A stretch of 64,000 nt of DNA from Octopus sinensis (GCF_006345805.1 NC_042998.1:147188001-147252000); one strand, 5' to 3'; counted from the stretch's first letter, positions 49,801 through 62,929 are shown. Translations and numbers: made by a program. Notes: generated by a model from the letters alone, not told the origin.

Positions 49801-51169
49801 GCTCAATCAGAACTGGGTTGTGTCTGCACCACCAATACCACAAGTACCATCACTATAACGATACTGGCGATAACAACATTAACAAGAATAAGAAAAACTA
49901 CGACTACAATAAAAATAACAATAACGATGACAACGACTACGACGACGACGACACCATAATAACGGCATCAAGAAAAGTGAAAACAACCGCAAAAACGATA
50001 AAAGTGACAGTAACGACAACAACAACAATAGTAGCAACAACGACGACAACAAAACCACTGCTAACAACAACAACACTATCACCAGCACCAGCATCACCCC
50101 CACCACCACCACCACCAACAACAACAACCTAATGACATAATTAGCATTACAGATGGCCAAGATGACAGAATTTTCCGTAGTGAAGAGCCAGAAAGTTGAC
50201 GATGAATATAACCCTGGTTTATTGGGTTAACCATTCATGAGAGACCAGTGTTCATATTCTTTTATATGTGCATTGCTATTTCATTCGCCCTAGGACTTGT
50301 CTCTCAAAGGTCCTGTCCATTCAGTTAACAGTGCAGCATGGATGAGTGTTTCGGCTGTTGATGTTATTGTTGTTGCTGCCGCTGTTATTTCTATTATTGT
50401 TGTACTTGCGTTTATTGTTGCTGTTGTTATTCTCGACGTTATTCTTATTGTTGTTGCTGTCGACAATCTGTTGGATTCTGAAATAAGTCAAGGCCATAAC
50501 TGCGCATCGTTGCTAGAACCTTCAGACGCCGTCGAAAGCTTCGTTGATGTTAATAACCTGAGTATCAATACAACGTAGATAAATATGCATACATAAATAT
50601 GCATACATACGTGGATAAATACTCATACCTCTGCAGGAAAGAAGCGTAGAATTACTTATTCTTAAAAATGTAAGCAAGCTGCATGAGTGGCTCAGATCAT
50701 TGACGTAATGGTACAAAGATGATTGATTTCTGCCGATCCTTGATGAGTCTTAAAAAATACGAAACTAGTAAATTTGATATTCATTCCAAACTGCTAAAAG
50801 TACTACGGTTTAACTATGTCACAGCGAGATTGAAAGTAGGTGTGTTAAACATCTGATGAAGGATCCGTTAACATAGCTATGTGCTTGCTGACGTTAAAGC
50901 AACTTTCCTTTCACCAATGTCACCTTATCCACACAACAAAAAATCAGCGATTATTTATGTGTCGCTCAAAGAAAACAAGTTTCAATAGATTAGAGCAGTG
51001 GGTTCCAGGAAATTTTTAGTGGGGCCCAGAATTTGCTATATGGTCGCACGTCAGTGCGCACGTCTAGAGTGACCTTATTTACTTTTGGCGACCGCTGCAA
51101 GTACCTCAGGCTGTAGATTTAGTCGAATTTAAAGAAAACAATCTTTTAATGGGAAGACTCCAAAAAGGA

Positions 51170-51400
51170 GGATTAATGGCATGGCTGGAAGTGAAATTCT
51201 CATTTCCCGTTCTCTTCGAAAAGGTGGTGCTCTTTCTTTTATGGTTTCCTACAACGTAGTTGGTTGAAGCTGGATTTTCTGCAGCAAATGTCGTCCTCAC
51301 AGATAAAAGAAATGTACTACGAATTGAGAAGAGAGGGGATTTATGAATTACGCTGAACCAAGATACGAAGGTGGATCTTGACAAGTAGTAGTCATTGAAC
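51170..51400 (+). pseudogene. hAT (Buster/Charlie-like) transposase C-terminal remnant
   Basis: AWLEVKFSFPVLFEKVVLFLLWFPTT*LVEAGFSAANVVLTDKRNVLRIEKRGDL* resembles the hAT dimerisation domain. Confidence 0.75.
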
Positions 51401-51549
51401 ATAATTTATATTTTCCAGTTTCTTTCATTAATAATTATTTCGCTGTATTTTGAATTTTATCTGTATTTTGGGGTGAGAATAAATAAAGCAAATATCCTAC
51501 CATAGCATTTTTTGGCATTGTCAATAACTGTCAAGTGGACGCATTAGCG

Positions 51550-51747
51550 TAGTGGTTCTTAACCGGTGCTCGGTCGACCTCCAGGGGTTCGGTGAGCCAA
51601 ATCTAGGTGTTCAGCAGAAAGCCTCTTTCATTTTAGTATAAGTTGCGATGTAAGGGGTACGGTAAGAGTTGGGTTAGTGGTCGGGAGGGGTGCTTGATTA
51701 AGGTTTGGCACCTCCAAAATGGTTATAATCACTTACAAGAACCACTA
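51550..51747. mobile_element. hAT-type MITE
   Basis: TAGTGGTTCTT...AAGAACCACTA terminal inverted repeats. No 8-bp TSD is retained. Confidence 0.55.
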
Positions 51748-52699
51748 GATAAGATCCAGGTAAATCGACATAAATGGGTATGCTGGACCACAGCAAAGAG
51801 GGGCTAAATTTGTTTCAAATCCGGGCTGCATGCAAGTTGTTGGAAAAATTCAAAATTTCTATATCACAGACAAAATTTAGCTCTTTAAGGACAGAAGGAT
51901 TTATGCAGCGGGCTGGATTTGTCTACATTAACCTTTTTAAGGCAACATAAAACTGGCTACTTATATCAAATCAGTAGTTCGAATAAGAGGGTCTTCATTC
52001 CAGTGGACTTCAGAGAAAATGAGTTTGAGAACCACTGGATTAGAATTTACAGAAATTCTATTGTTAATCTCTGAGGAGAGAATGGAAGCAAGGTGATAAA
52101 TATTGTAGGAGCAGTTGCATAGCCAGATCTTTGCCACCCAAGTCGGGTGGGGTGTCTTTGAGTTTTCCTTTCTCACAAAGAACACAATACATGTATAAAG
52201 TGTCCCACTCTAATAGTATTGTCACCCGAGGTGGATCGGCACATCGTCTCCTTTCAGCTATGTTCAAGGGGTGAAGGTGAATGTTTATAAACGGTTTTCG
52301 TTATCTTTGACATACTGTAAGTGAAAGGAAGAATACCAAACATAGACGAAACGCGAGTAGGGAGAGGTTAAAATTCTACGGTGGTTGGTTGTTGTCCTTC
52401 ATATCTTATCATCACTAAATCCTCCTCCTTCTTCTCCTCATCCTCCTGTTCTTCTCTAAGTGGCTACAACCGAGATGCGCGTGACAATGCTCTGCAAGAA
52501 TCTCTGTCCCGCGTTTGCTTTGGTAAATCTTCAGCATCATGTTCTATGTGTTTCTGTTGATAACATCAATATAATTGAATGGTCTTCGTCTTCTATTTAG
52601 GAGTGGAAGTCTCCAAAAGCACATAACTTCTAGCATGAACTAATCGATAGTCACTCACTACAATCAATGCAAGCAGTCATGCATTACTGTATTATAATA

Positions 52700-53125
52700 C
52701 TTTCTTTATTGGCCTCAAGGGCCGCACACAAACTAAAAGGATGACACAAAACAAAGAGCGGTTGGGATTTGCATAAAACACGAGCAAAAAATAAAAACAA
52801 TAACAATTATCAATAACATCATAACAATAAAATTCTCAAAAAGTGGAGCATCAATCAGGGACGATTAAAGGAACCCTACAAACCCCAAGTCTCCCTGCAC
52901 ACCAGTGCACCATAGTAAGTGCTCCTTTGTCTTCTGTAAATTTCAGCCTACAAGCGCATCCTTAAAGTAGGTACATTTACTCGGGCCATTCTCGCTACAT
53001 TTCGCTCGCTTTTCAATTTACTGGGTGGCAGCATTTCCCTTTCCCCCTCACTTCCTTTCCAAGTGGAACCTAAAAAAGTTGATGAGGGCTTGGCCGAAGA
53101 GGAAAATGCCAGTCTTCAAATTTAT
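52700..53125 (-). pseudogene. Probable L1/Tx1-clade 3' end (ORF2 C-terminus + 3' UTR)
   Basis: Frameshifted LKTGIFLFGQALINFFRFHLERK...VARMARVNVPTLRMRL*, ending ...CCAATAAAGAAA. The clade assignment is from recalled similarity. Confidence 0.5.
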
Positions 53126-53401
53126 TTTATTTGCATCCAACACACAACTTTCTTCCATGGTCACCACACGGAGGAAAACTGTCTACCCTTCTTAACCACA
53201 GGAAGGCGGCACTACTGTATTATAAAAATGTCTATTGTTCTGTTTGAATTTTTTATTTTACACACAGTTTCATACACACACACACACACGCCCGCGCACG
53301 TACACACTTGATCTCATATGTAAATATATGATTTCATTTAAAGCCATTTCCTTAGTAACGTTATACTTTCATTACGTACGTCACTGGAAAGTATGAACGT
53401 C

Positions 53402-53520
53402 AGCGGCAGACTGGCAGAATCGCTAACGCCTCAGACAAAATGCTTACCAGCATTTCTTCTGGAAAACATTCTTAAGGTCATACTCCGCCGACATCAACTT
53501 TGATCCTTTCGGAGACAAGC
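53402..53520 (+). mobile_element. SINE family A, partial
   Basis: GGCAGACTGGCAGAATCGCTAAC... head. Confidence 0.55.
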
Positions 53521-54680
53521 CCAGCGTCATGGGGCAAGTGAAGGATAAGAGATGTTACAGTATGACTGAAAGCTTGGGGAGAGGAAGAAGCCAAATATCT
53601 TCATGTAATACAAAACGTATATTTAAATTGATAGGGGTTTTCTAACGATGTGGGTAATACTTCTCAGCACAATCTTTTGGATTTCTCTGAGACATGGTTC
53701 TCCTGGGATCTTATCTAGATGTTTCTGACATCCCTTTCTTATCATGCCTAGGGCACCTACAAGAAGAGGAGCAGTTCTCGTTTTAAGATCCCACACGTTT
53801 TGTATTTCAATTTCCAGGTCCTTATATTTACTTATTTTGTGAAATTCCTTGACAGATGTATTTTTATCAGTGGGAACACTTATATCTATTAATCAACAAG
53901 TATTTTCTACCATGTCTTTAATAATTATGTTTGGTCGATTTGCCTGGATCGTTCTGTCAGTGTTGACTGGAAAATCCCAGTGGATAGTAACATTTTTACC
54001 TTCAACAACTGGCTCAGGATGATGTTCATACCAGTAAGCAGGATGCTGATTTTGTAGTGTTTACACATTTTCCAATGTAAATACTGTCCTACCCTATCGT
54101 GGCGATTTTTGTATTCGTTTAGAGTCAGCACAGGGCACCCCGAAACGAGATGGTCTATTGTTTCGACAAATGTGTCGCAGAATCTGCATTTAGGGTCAGA
54201 ACCGTTTTGAAGAACGTTAGCCTGGTAGTTTTTTGTGAGCAAGCTTCGATCTTGTGCCGCCAATATGAAACCTTCACTTTCTACTTTAAGTCCTGAGCTT
54301 CTCAGCCACTGATGAGTTACCTTGCAAATTTACAAGCTTTCTTTACAATAGAATGGAGGTTTTTTGCTGCTTTCGCGTTTGCACACCAGTCGCAGCGTCC
54401 AGTCCTCTGAACTAGATAATTAACTGTTCATTGCTATTGTGGAGGTATTATAGCACAGTTCTGCCTGCATCATTCCTCTTCCCCCAATAATACTTGGTAG
54501 GTACAGATGATCAACATCTGCTTTTTGGTGGTGCATGTTCTTAGGAATTAGTATTTTCCTTGTTTCCCTGTCCAGGCGCTAGAGCTCTGTAAGATTCCAG
54601 TTAATGATGTTAAAACTATATTCGACTACTGGGAGTGTCAGAGTGCTAATGTCTTCCATGCGATTTTTAGAGTTGAGTTC
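53520..54680 (-). mobile_element. R4/Dong-like retrotransposon D1 (5'-truncated, frameshifted)
   Basis: KTELNSKN...INWN, CRFCDTFVETIDHLVSGC (CCHC), REL region. Stop at 53623-53625. Confidence 0.85.
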
Positions 54681-54689
54681 AGTTTATTA

Positions 54690-54698
54690 TCATTATTA

Positions 54699-54748
<50 letters not shown>

Positions 54749-54777
54749 GTAGTAGTAGTAGTAGTAGTAGTAGCAGT

Positions 54778-54815
<38 letters not shown>

Positions 54816-54817
54816 TA

Positions 54818-54849
<32 letters not shown>

Positions 54850-54850
54850 T
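54690..54850 (+). repeat. (TTA)n/(TAG)n/(CAG)n compound tract
   Basis: Direct inspection. Confidence 0.95.
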
Positions 54851-54852
54851 AT

Positions 54853-56020
54853 GAAAACTCACAGCTTATTTTGCTGGGTATAATGGAAAGTGTCAGCTGT
54901 CCACACCCAGCAGACTAAGGTGACAATTGTTTACTGGTCATGCTTCATGAACCCTGCGAAAAATTCTTGCAGTTCAAAGCATTGCTGATTTTTGCAGGTG
55001 TTCTACCTTCACACTTACACCAATCTTATTCAGCCATGCTGGAAGCTGAGTGCTGATACTTCCAAGTGCACCAATTACTATTGGTATCACGTCTACTCTC
55101 TTCATTGACCACAACCTTCGTATTTCCCACTTCAGATCGTCATAGTTGTTTATTTTGTCTTCTTTCACATTAGTCTTGTTGTCACCATGGCATGCTGTGT
55201 CAATTATCATACATGTTCTTTCTTTACTATTAACTACAATAATGTCCGGTTTTCGATATCTGGCCGGGTGATCGCACTGGACCATTGCATCCCACTGGAT
55301 TTTGCACTTCTCATTTTCGGTCACTCCTGAAGTTTGCTCATACCACGTCTTTGCTCTTTGTAGACCGTGATTTCCTATGAGCTCCCAATGGATCATTCTT
55401 GTTACATTGTCATGGCGTCTTTTGTATTCGCGTTATGCCAATTTCGGGCATTTGCTAACGGTGTACCGTACCGTTTCACCTCTCTCACCACACATTCTGC
55501 ATTTGTCGCTATCGGTAGTGTTGTCGATTCTGCACTTCATATAATTGATGTTTAAAGCTTGTTCTTGAGCTGCGCATATGAGTGTTTCTGTCTTTATCTT
55601 CAGGTCACTCCTCCTCATCCATAGACACAGGTCCTCTGAATCTGTCTTGGTGTTCACATCTCTTGCAAACTGACCGTGCATTTTCTTTTCCTTCCATGCG
55701 TTTTCTGTTTTCTTTGTTCATTTCTTGTTTAAATTTTTCTTTCGTTGAATAATTTCCAGTTTTGATGACGTTGGACTTCTTCGTGTGTTTCAACAGTGGG
55801 TCTACGGCATTTTTTATATACCACCCCAAGCTATCTTCTTCTGTTTCGATACAGTCCTGGTAACTGATCAAACTTCTCCCACCCTTTCTTCTGGACAAGT
55901 ACAGCCTATCGATGTCACTCTTAGGGTGGAAGGCTCCGTGTACTGTCAACATTTTTCTGGTCTTGGTATCCATTTTCTTCACTTCTCCCCTTTGACATTT
56001 TATAATTCCTGCTCCATATC
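54853..56020 (-). mobile_element. R4/Dong-like retrotransposon D2 (5'-truncated, frameshifted)
   Basis: FHPKSDIDRLYLSRRKGGR, CRMCGERGET..C, YRKPDIIVVNSKERTCMIID...EDKINNYDDL (REL). Confidence 0.88.
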
Positions 56021-56048
56021 ATCATCATCGTCGTCATCATCATCGTCG

Positions 56049-56085
<37 letters not shown>

Positions 56086-56097
56086 TATTATTAAATT

Positions 56098-56310
56098 AAG
56101 GTGGTGAGATGGCATAATCGTTAGTACGCCGGGCGAAATGCATAGTGGTATTTCGCTCGTCTTTACTTCTGGGTTCAAATTCCGCCGAGGTCGACTTTGC
56201 TTTCACCCTTTCAGGTTCAATAAATCAAGTACCAGTCAAGTATTGGGTCGATGTGACCGACTATCCCCCTACCCACAAATTTCAAGCCTTGTGCCTATAG
56301 TAGAAAGAAT
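56098..56310 (+). mobile_element. SINE family A
   Basis: Full head, core and tail. Confidence 0.8.
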
Positions 56311-56324
56311 TGTTGTTGTTGCTA

Positions 56325-56336
56325 TTATTATTATTA

Positions 56337-56393
<57 letters not shown>

Positions 56394-56410
56394 CATTATT
56401 ATTATTATTA

Positions 56411-56483
<73 letters not shown>
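56325..56483 (+). repeat. (TTA)n microsatellite
   Basis: Direct inspection. Confidence 0.95.
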
Positions 56484-56485
<2 letters not shown>

Positions 56486-58090
56486 GTTTGACTTTTGTTT
56501 CGTATTTGTACAAGTTGATTCCAAGTCTCACCCAGAGACCTCAAGAGACAACAAGTTAGAAGTTCAAGTTGGTATTATGCCTAGGGTGTCATATATTTGG
56601 TTTTGTACATAGTGTTGTTCTAGAGAACGTTTAAGAAAACAAGAAAATTATAAGTTTATTTTAAAATTTGAGATTATATAGGTAGTATTTTACGTAGGAT
56701 ATTAGAAGTTCCCATGAGCACTATCTTTTGAATTTCTGCTATTTTGGGGTTTCCTGGTAATTGAGCTAGGTAGGAATCAGCCCCTTTTGCTATCATTCCT
56801 AGAGCACCTATGACAACAGGTATTGTTTTAGTCTTGAAGTTCCACATTTTGCCAATTGCTATTTCAAGATTTTTATACTTGCTCAGTTTTCGGTAGGTCC
56901 TGACAGGTACATTTATGTCGATTGGGACAGTCATATCAATGAGGGGACATGATTTTTTTTTTGTCTGAAGTCTTTCAATATAATGTCTGGCCAATTCGCA
57001 GCTATCTTTCTGTCAGTTTGAGCGGTGAAGTTCCAGAGGAGTGAGATGCGATCATTTTCAAGCACTGGAGTTGGTTTGTGTTCCCACTAGTTTTTATCAT
57101 AAGGCAGGTCCAGATTTTTGAAAATTACCCAATGAATATATTGTGCTGCTCTATCATGCGTGTTGAGATACTCTGTAGGCGCAAGAAGACTGAACATGGA
57201 GACAACATGATCAATGGTTTCATTTTGTTGTTTACATACACGACATGTTGGGCTACTGCCGTTCTTTGATATGTTGGCCTGGTAGTTCTTTGTAGATAGG
57301 CATTGATCTTGGGTTGCTATGATAAATCCTTCTGTTTCTGATTTTAAGCCAGAAGACACTAACCATTGATGGGTAAGAACTTTGTCAACATCGGCATTAT
57401 TATCTCTCTTTCGGTATTTGGCATTGAGAAGTTTTTCATACCATTTGTCGGTAAGAATATCTTAGGTAGCAGTTTTAGCAAGGGTTTTCATACGCTTAAC
57501 TTTTTCTGTGCGTGTTTCCAGTACGTCTAATTCTGGGATTTGTAGTATTTGGAATTCACTTAGATATTCCTTTGCCTGTTTTGTTACTGAGTATAATACC
57601 TTCTCGTTTCAAGTTTTAACATTAGAGTTTTTCAGGTAGGTGTCTCGGCCAATTGTGACAATCTTCATTGTTAGTTCCAGTTGTAAAAGTACACGGCCAA
57701 TCACTTTTCTTGGCAGGTAAAGTCATTCTATATCTGCCTTAGGGTGGTGCATTGTGAACAATTTTTGTATTTTTCAGTGAAGATTACATATTTCAGTAAT
57801 TGACCAGTTAATGATATTGAAACTGTAAATCACGACCGGTATGGCTAAAGTATTGACCGCTTCGATCCTGTTTCTTGCATTAAGCTCTGCCTTGAGTATT
57901 GCCCTCACCCTGCGGTAACATTCTTTTCTGATCCTTTCCATCATCATTGAATGTTTGATTCCATCACATTCAAATACCCCTGAGTATTTGTAGCTCTCCG
58001 CTAGCTCTAACTCCTTTATGACATTCTGCTGGTCAAGATTAACGTTGGATGTTTCTGTCATTTTTCCTTTGATAAAGGTAGCTTTTGCAC
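56484..58090 (-). mobile_element. R4/Dong-like retrotransposon D3 (5'-truncated, frameshifted)
   Basis: ESYKYSG...ILKAELNARNRIEAVNT, GLKSETEGFIIATQDQ...CRVCKQQNETIDHVVS, IDMTVP...KLSKYKNL. Confidence 0.88.
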
Positions 58091-58133
<43 letters not shown>

Positions 58134-58139
58134 GAATTA

Positions 58140-58338
58140 TGGAGGCACGCTAGCAGAATTGTTATCGTGCTGGGCAAAATGCTTAGCGGCATTTCGTCCG
58201 TCATCAAGTTCTGAGCTCGACTTTACCTTTCATCCTTTCTTGGTCGATAAAATAAGTATCAGTTGAGTCCTGGGGTCAACGTAACAGACTTAACCACTTC
58301 CACGAACTTGCTGGCTTTGAGCTAAAATCTAAACCCAT
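58140..58338 (+). mobile_element. SINE family A, diverged
   Basis: Family A head and core. Confidence 0.7.
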
Positions 58339-58390
58339 TATTGTTGTTGTTGTTGTTGTTGTTGTTATTGTTATTGTTATTATTATTATT

Positions 58391-60982
58391 CAGAAGTTTT
58401 ATTTTTATAGCGTGCTTTCACTTCACTACCGAGCGCAGCTCTGTGTGTCTTGGGTATGTGCTGTGATTTGTTGTGATGCTCTGATGGTTATTGTATGGAA
58501 AGTGTTCTGCGTAGGATGTGTGCAGTGCCTAGTAGTGCAATTTTCTGTATGTTATATGTGTTTGTAAGTCCTGGTGTTTTTGTTATGTATTTGTCTGAAT
58601 ATTTTTTTATCATGCCTAATGCACCTACTATGATAGGAATTGTTTCTGTTTTCAGATTCCACATTCTAGTTACCTCTATTTCCAGGTCTTTGTATTTTGA
58701 GAGTTTCTCCATTTCTTTTAGAGACACGTTGTCATCTGCCGGTATTGATACATCAATTAGAAAGCATTTTTTTTCTTCATGATCTCTGACAACTATATCT
58801 GGTCTGTTGGCCTTAATTTCTCTATCTGTGTGTATCGGCATATCCCAGAGTATGGTTGCTTTCTCGTTTTCTGTGACCTTTTCTGGTGTGTGCCTATACC
58901 ATCTTTTTTCTGTTGTTATTCCATAATGTTGGCATAGCTTCCAATGTATGTAGGTTCCAACTGTCATGTCTGTGAATATATTCCTTCTTAGCCAGGACTG
59001 GGCAGCTAGAGATAATATGATTTATTGTTTCTTGTCCATCTCCACATATTCTGCAGTTACTTGTAATATTTCTTTTCATTACATGTTTTTGGTAATTTCT
59101 GGTGGGGAGGCTTTGGTCTTGTGCTGCAATTAAAAATCCCTCTGTTTCTGCTTTGAGTCCTGAGTTTCTCAACCATTGCTGGGATTTTTCTTTGTCTATT
59201 TCTTTTGCGTTTAGTTTAGTGCAGTATTTACCATGAAGGGGCTTTTCTTGCCATCGTTTTATCATGGTTCGTTGCTGTTCTATTTTTATTTTGGATTTCA
59301 TTTGTTTTATAGCTTTTGTTGTTTCTTCATCATCTTCTTCTTCTTCTTCGTGTTTATTAGGTGGTATGATTTCTTGTTTGTATTTGTCAGCTTCCTTAAA
59401 TACTGAGAACAGTTTTTTGTTTTGCTTGTGTTTTGCTGCTATCTGGATCAGTTTTCCTTCCTTCTGAAGTAGGTATTTTTGCAGTCCTATGGTGGTTATT
59501 TTATAGTAGTTTTCCAGCTGTATAAGGCCTCTACCACCTTCTATACGTTGTATATATAGTCTTTCTATGTCAGATTTTGGGTGATGCATCCTAGATCCTG
59601 TCAGTATTTTTCTTGTTTTCCTATCTATTTTGGACAGTTCATTTCGTGTCCAGTTAAGGATATTGTAGCTGTAACTTATAACTGGGACAGCTAAAGTGTT
59701 GATACCTATTATCTTGTTTTTAGCATTGAGCTCTGTTTTTAGTATTGATCTAACTCGTCTATAATATTCTTTTTTTATTTTCTCTTTCATTTGTGTGTGT
59801 TGTGTCTTATCTAGTTCATGGATTCCTAAGTATTTGTAAGTTTGGCTTTGGTCTAATTCTTTTATTTCATTGGTTTTATCTAGTGTGATGTTGTTACTCT
59901 TAACTAGTTTTCCTCTTTTCATGGTTACTTTGGCGCATTTTTCTAATCCAAATTTCATATCTATTTCTTTGGTAAATCCATGAACTGTCTTTAATAGTGT
60001 TTCCAGCTGTTTGTCATTTGCAGCGTATAGTTTTAGGTCATCCATATATAAAAGGTGGCTGATCGTTTTGCCGTAACATTTATATCCGCATCCAGTTCTA
60101 TTTAGCATATCAGATAGAGGTGACAGTGCCAAGCAGAAAAGGAGTGGAGAGAGCGTATCTCCCTGGAATATTCCTCTTCTAATGGGGATGTCTTTGGTTT
60201 TCATGAGTCCCTCTTTTGTTTGGAGGTGTAGGACTGTTTGCCATTTATTCATAGAGTGCTCTATGAATTTTATGATTGTTGGTGCTACTTTGTTAATGGC
60301 TAGTGTTTCGAGGATCCATGTGTGGGGGATGCTATCAAACGCCTTTTTGTAGTCAATCCAGGCCATACTGAGGCCTTTCTTCTTTCTGTGGCTGTCTTCA
60401 GTTACGGCTTTATTAATCATTAGTTGATCTTTACAGCCATATGAGCCTTTGCGGCATCCTTTCTGCTCTTCTGGGAACAGTTTGTTTTCGTCCAGGTGCT
60501 TGTTCAGCCTTTGCGATATCACTGCAGTAAATGCCTTGAACATAGTAGGGAGGCAGGTTATTGGTCTGTAGTTTTCTGGTTTTTCTGTTTCATTTGATTT
60601 GGGAATTAAGATGGTTTTCCCCTTCGTGAGCCATTCAGGCATTGTCTCTGGCTCTGCTAGTACGCTGTTAAAGTTTTCAGCCAGCTTTTTGTGCATTCCT
60701 GTTAGATATTTTAACCAGAAGTTGGGGATCTTGTCATGCCCAGGTGCCTTCCAGTTGCTTAGTTTTTGCAGTGCCTGGGTGACCTCTTCAGTTGTTATGG
60801 GGGTCCAAAGTTGTTCAGATGCCGAGTTTGTTATTTTGATACTCCTTTTTTTTGGCTGTTCGTTCGCCGACCATATTTCTCTCCAGAATTCTTCCAATTC
60901 TTCTGCCGTTGGTGCTGCAGTGACTTCTATTTTATTTCCCAGTTCTTGGTAGAACTTTTTGGGGTTGGAGTTGAACTTTTTG

Positions 60983-60985
<3 letters not shown>
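58391..60985 (-). mobile_element. R4/Dong-like retrotransposon D4: complete RT, CCHC finger and REL endonuclease; 5'-truncated; one frameshift at ~58961
   Basis: KAPGHDKI, YRPITCL, QKGCRKG, WIDYKKAFDSIPH, GIFQGDTLSPLLF, YMDDLKLY, YKYLG, CRICGDGQETINHIISSC, RPDIVVRD...IDVSIP...EKLSKY. (TAA)n on both sides. Confidence 0.95.
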
Positions 60986-61024
<39 letters not shown>

Positions 61025-61025
<1 letters not shown>

Positions 61026-61505
61026 GTATACCCATCATGGCTACCCGTCTGATAAGGGTACACCAGGCACATGCATCACAGCCATATGTGCGCGACATGG
61101 AGATCTCATATCAAGATAAACAGCGCATGACCTTGCAGGTGGGACCCAGTTAGAATTTTCTTCTTGTCAAGTAACCCATCCCGCTCAAAAGGTCCCTGAA
61201 TAAGGATTCTTTAAGGATGTTGAACGAACCACCCATGTTTCCAAAGGTGAATTACCCAAACCTCCAAGAATTCCTTTCAACACATGGCTATGATGCTCCC
61301 CTACAACTTCTGCTCGTGGTCAGAGATACATATATCGTAAGCCACTAAGGGACATGCTCAACTGGTTAAGGTCAAACAACTGTGATATTGAGCAGAATAT
61401 TTGCTGTAGCCCATCTTTTATACCAAGACAAAACAATGTATATAACACTTCCAATCAGTTAAAATCAGAAGCCATGAGAGCCACTGTCTGGTACTGCATC
61501 AGGGT
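61025..61505 (-). mobile_element. Element X, copy 3 (5' end present, last ~50 nt missing)
   Basis: Reverse complement of 13998-14365 plus additional 5' sequence. Confidence 0.8.
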
Positions 61506-61544
61506 ATGCTGTTGTTGTTGTTGCTGTTATTATTATTATTATAA

Positions 61545-61745
61545 AAGCGGCGAGCTAACAGAATCTTTAGGGAGTCGACAAAATGCTGATTACCATTTCT
61601 TCCGGCTCTTTACATTATGAGTTCACATACGGCCAAGGTTAACTTTGCTTTTCATCTCTTCAGGGCCAATAAAATATAGTATTAATCATGGACTGAGGTC
61701 GCGTTAATCGACTTACTCTTGCCTTCAAAACTGCTGGCTTTGTGG
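61545..61745 (+). mobile_element. SINE family A, diverged
   Basis: Family A head and core. Confidence 0.65.
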
Positions 61746-62114
61746 ACAAAAATTAATTCTTGCTGTTTTGTCGTTGATTATCATAAGCAGCAGCAGCAGT
61801 AGTAGCTGTGGTAGTGAGAATGTTTTCAATAAGTTGTATAAATAATCTGCTGGCTAAATTTAGTAAAGGGCAATGACTGATAAAATGTTACTCCGACCCT
61901 AATAACGCTTTATTGTGATGTCTGAATTTTGAAGAGTTAAATAAAAGGTTTATCGCTAATGTTTTCAAATAAACAGCAAATGTATCGGTAATCGATGGAA
62001 AGCTTTCACGATAAAATTTATTCGGAAAAATTCTATCACGTTCATCGTAATATTGGCTGATGACATTTCTTTGTCATGCAATATTGATCCGATATCTGGT
62101 TAATAAATAATCCT

Positions 62115-62300
62115 TTCTACAATAGGGACAAGAACCGAAATTTTGGTGGATAGAGTTTGTCGATTACACTGACCCAGAGTTCAGCTGGTACTTATTCCAT
62201 CGATTCCGAAAAGATGAATGTCAAAGTTGATTTCGTTGGCATTTGAAAAGCCGGACGAAATGTTGCTAAGCATTTTGGCCGGTGTATTAACGGTTCGCAA
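62115..62300 (-). mobile_element. SINE family A, diverged
   Basis: Family A core. Confidence 0.65.
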
Positions 62301-62306
62301 GCGCAC

Positions 62307-62307
62307 C

Positions 62308-62359
<52 letters not shown>

Positions 62360-62362
62360 GTA

Positions 62363-62423
<61 letters not shown>

Positions 62424-62482
62424 GAAGAAGAAGAAGAAGAAGAAGAGAAGAAGAAGAAGAAAGAAGAAGAAAAAGAAGAAGA
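62307..62482 (+). repeat. (AAT)n/(AAG)n tract
   Basis: Direct inspection. Confidence 0.95.
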
Positions 62483-62910
62483 ATCAGGCACTAGCTCTCA
62501 TAGCTTCTGATCTTAACTGATTAAAAGTGTTATCATGTACATGTTTTGTCTTGGTATAAGCGATGGGCTACAGCAAATATTCCGCTCAATACCACAGATT
62601 TTCTTGTCAGTTGTTTAACCTTAACCAGTTGAATATGTCCTTTAGTGGCTGATTCCCAGCAGGAGTAGTGGGGAAGCATCATAGCCGTGTTATAAGAGGA
62701 ATTCTTTGGGGCTTGAAAATTCTAACTGGGTCCCACCTGCAAGTCATGCGTTGTTTATCTTGATATGAGATCACCATGTCCTGCACATATGATTGTGATG
62801 TATGTGCTTGATGTATCCTTATCAGACAGGTAGTCATAAGAGGTATACTGGGCTTCGTATATTTGTACACCAGTGTCACTTTGATGGCATGCGCTGCTCT
62901 CACACTCACT
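62483..62910 (+). mobile_element. Element X, copy 4 (internal deletions)
   Basis: Homologous to the other X copies. Ends CTCACACTCACT-AATAAT. Confidence 0.75.
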
Positions 62911-62929
62911 AATAATGGTTTGAAATTTT

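Noticed and set aside
60986-61098. N-terminus MSRTYGCDAC...IIII of the 734-aa ORF
   Set aside because: Chance in-frame read-through from element X and the (TAA)n tract into the 5'-truncated Dong ORF.
61440-61505. HDV-like ribozyme at the 5' end of element X
   Set aside because: Only one imperfect hairpin could be folded by eye. The nested pseudoknot was not evident, so it needs a descriptor search.
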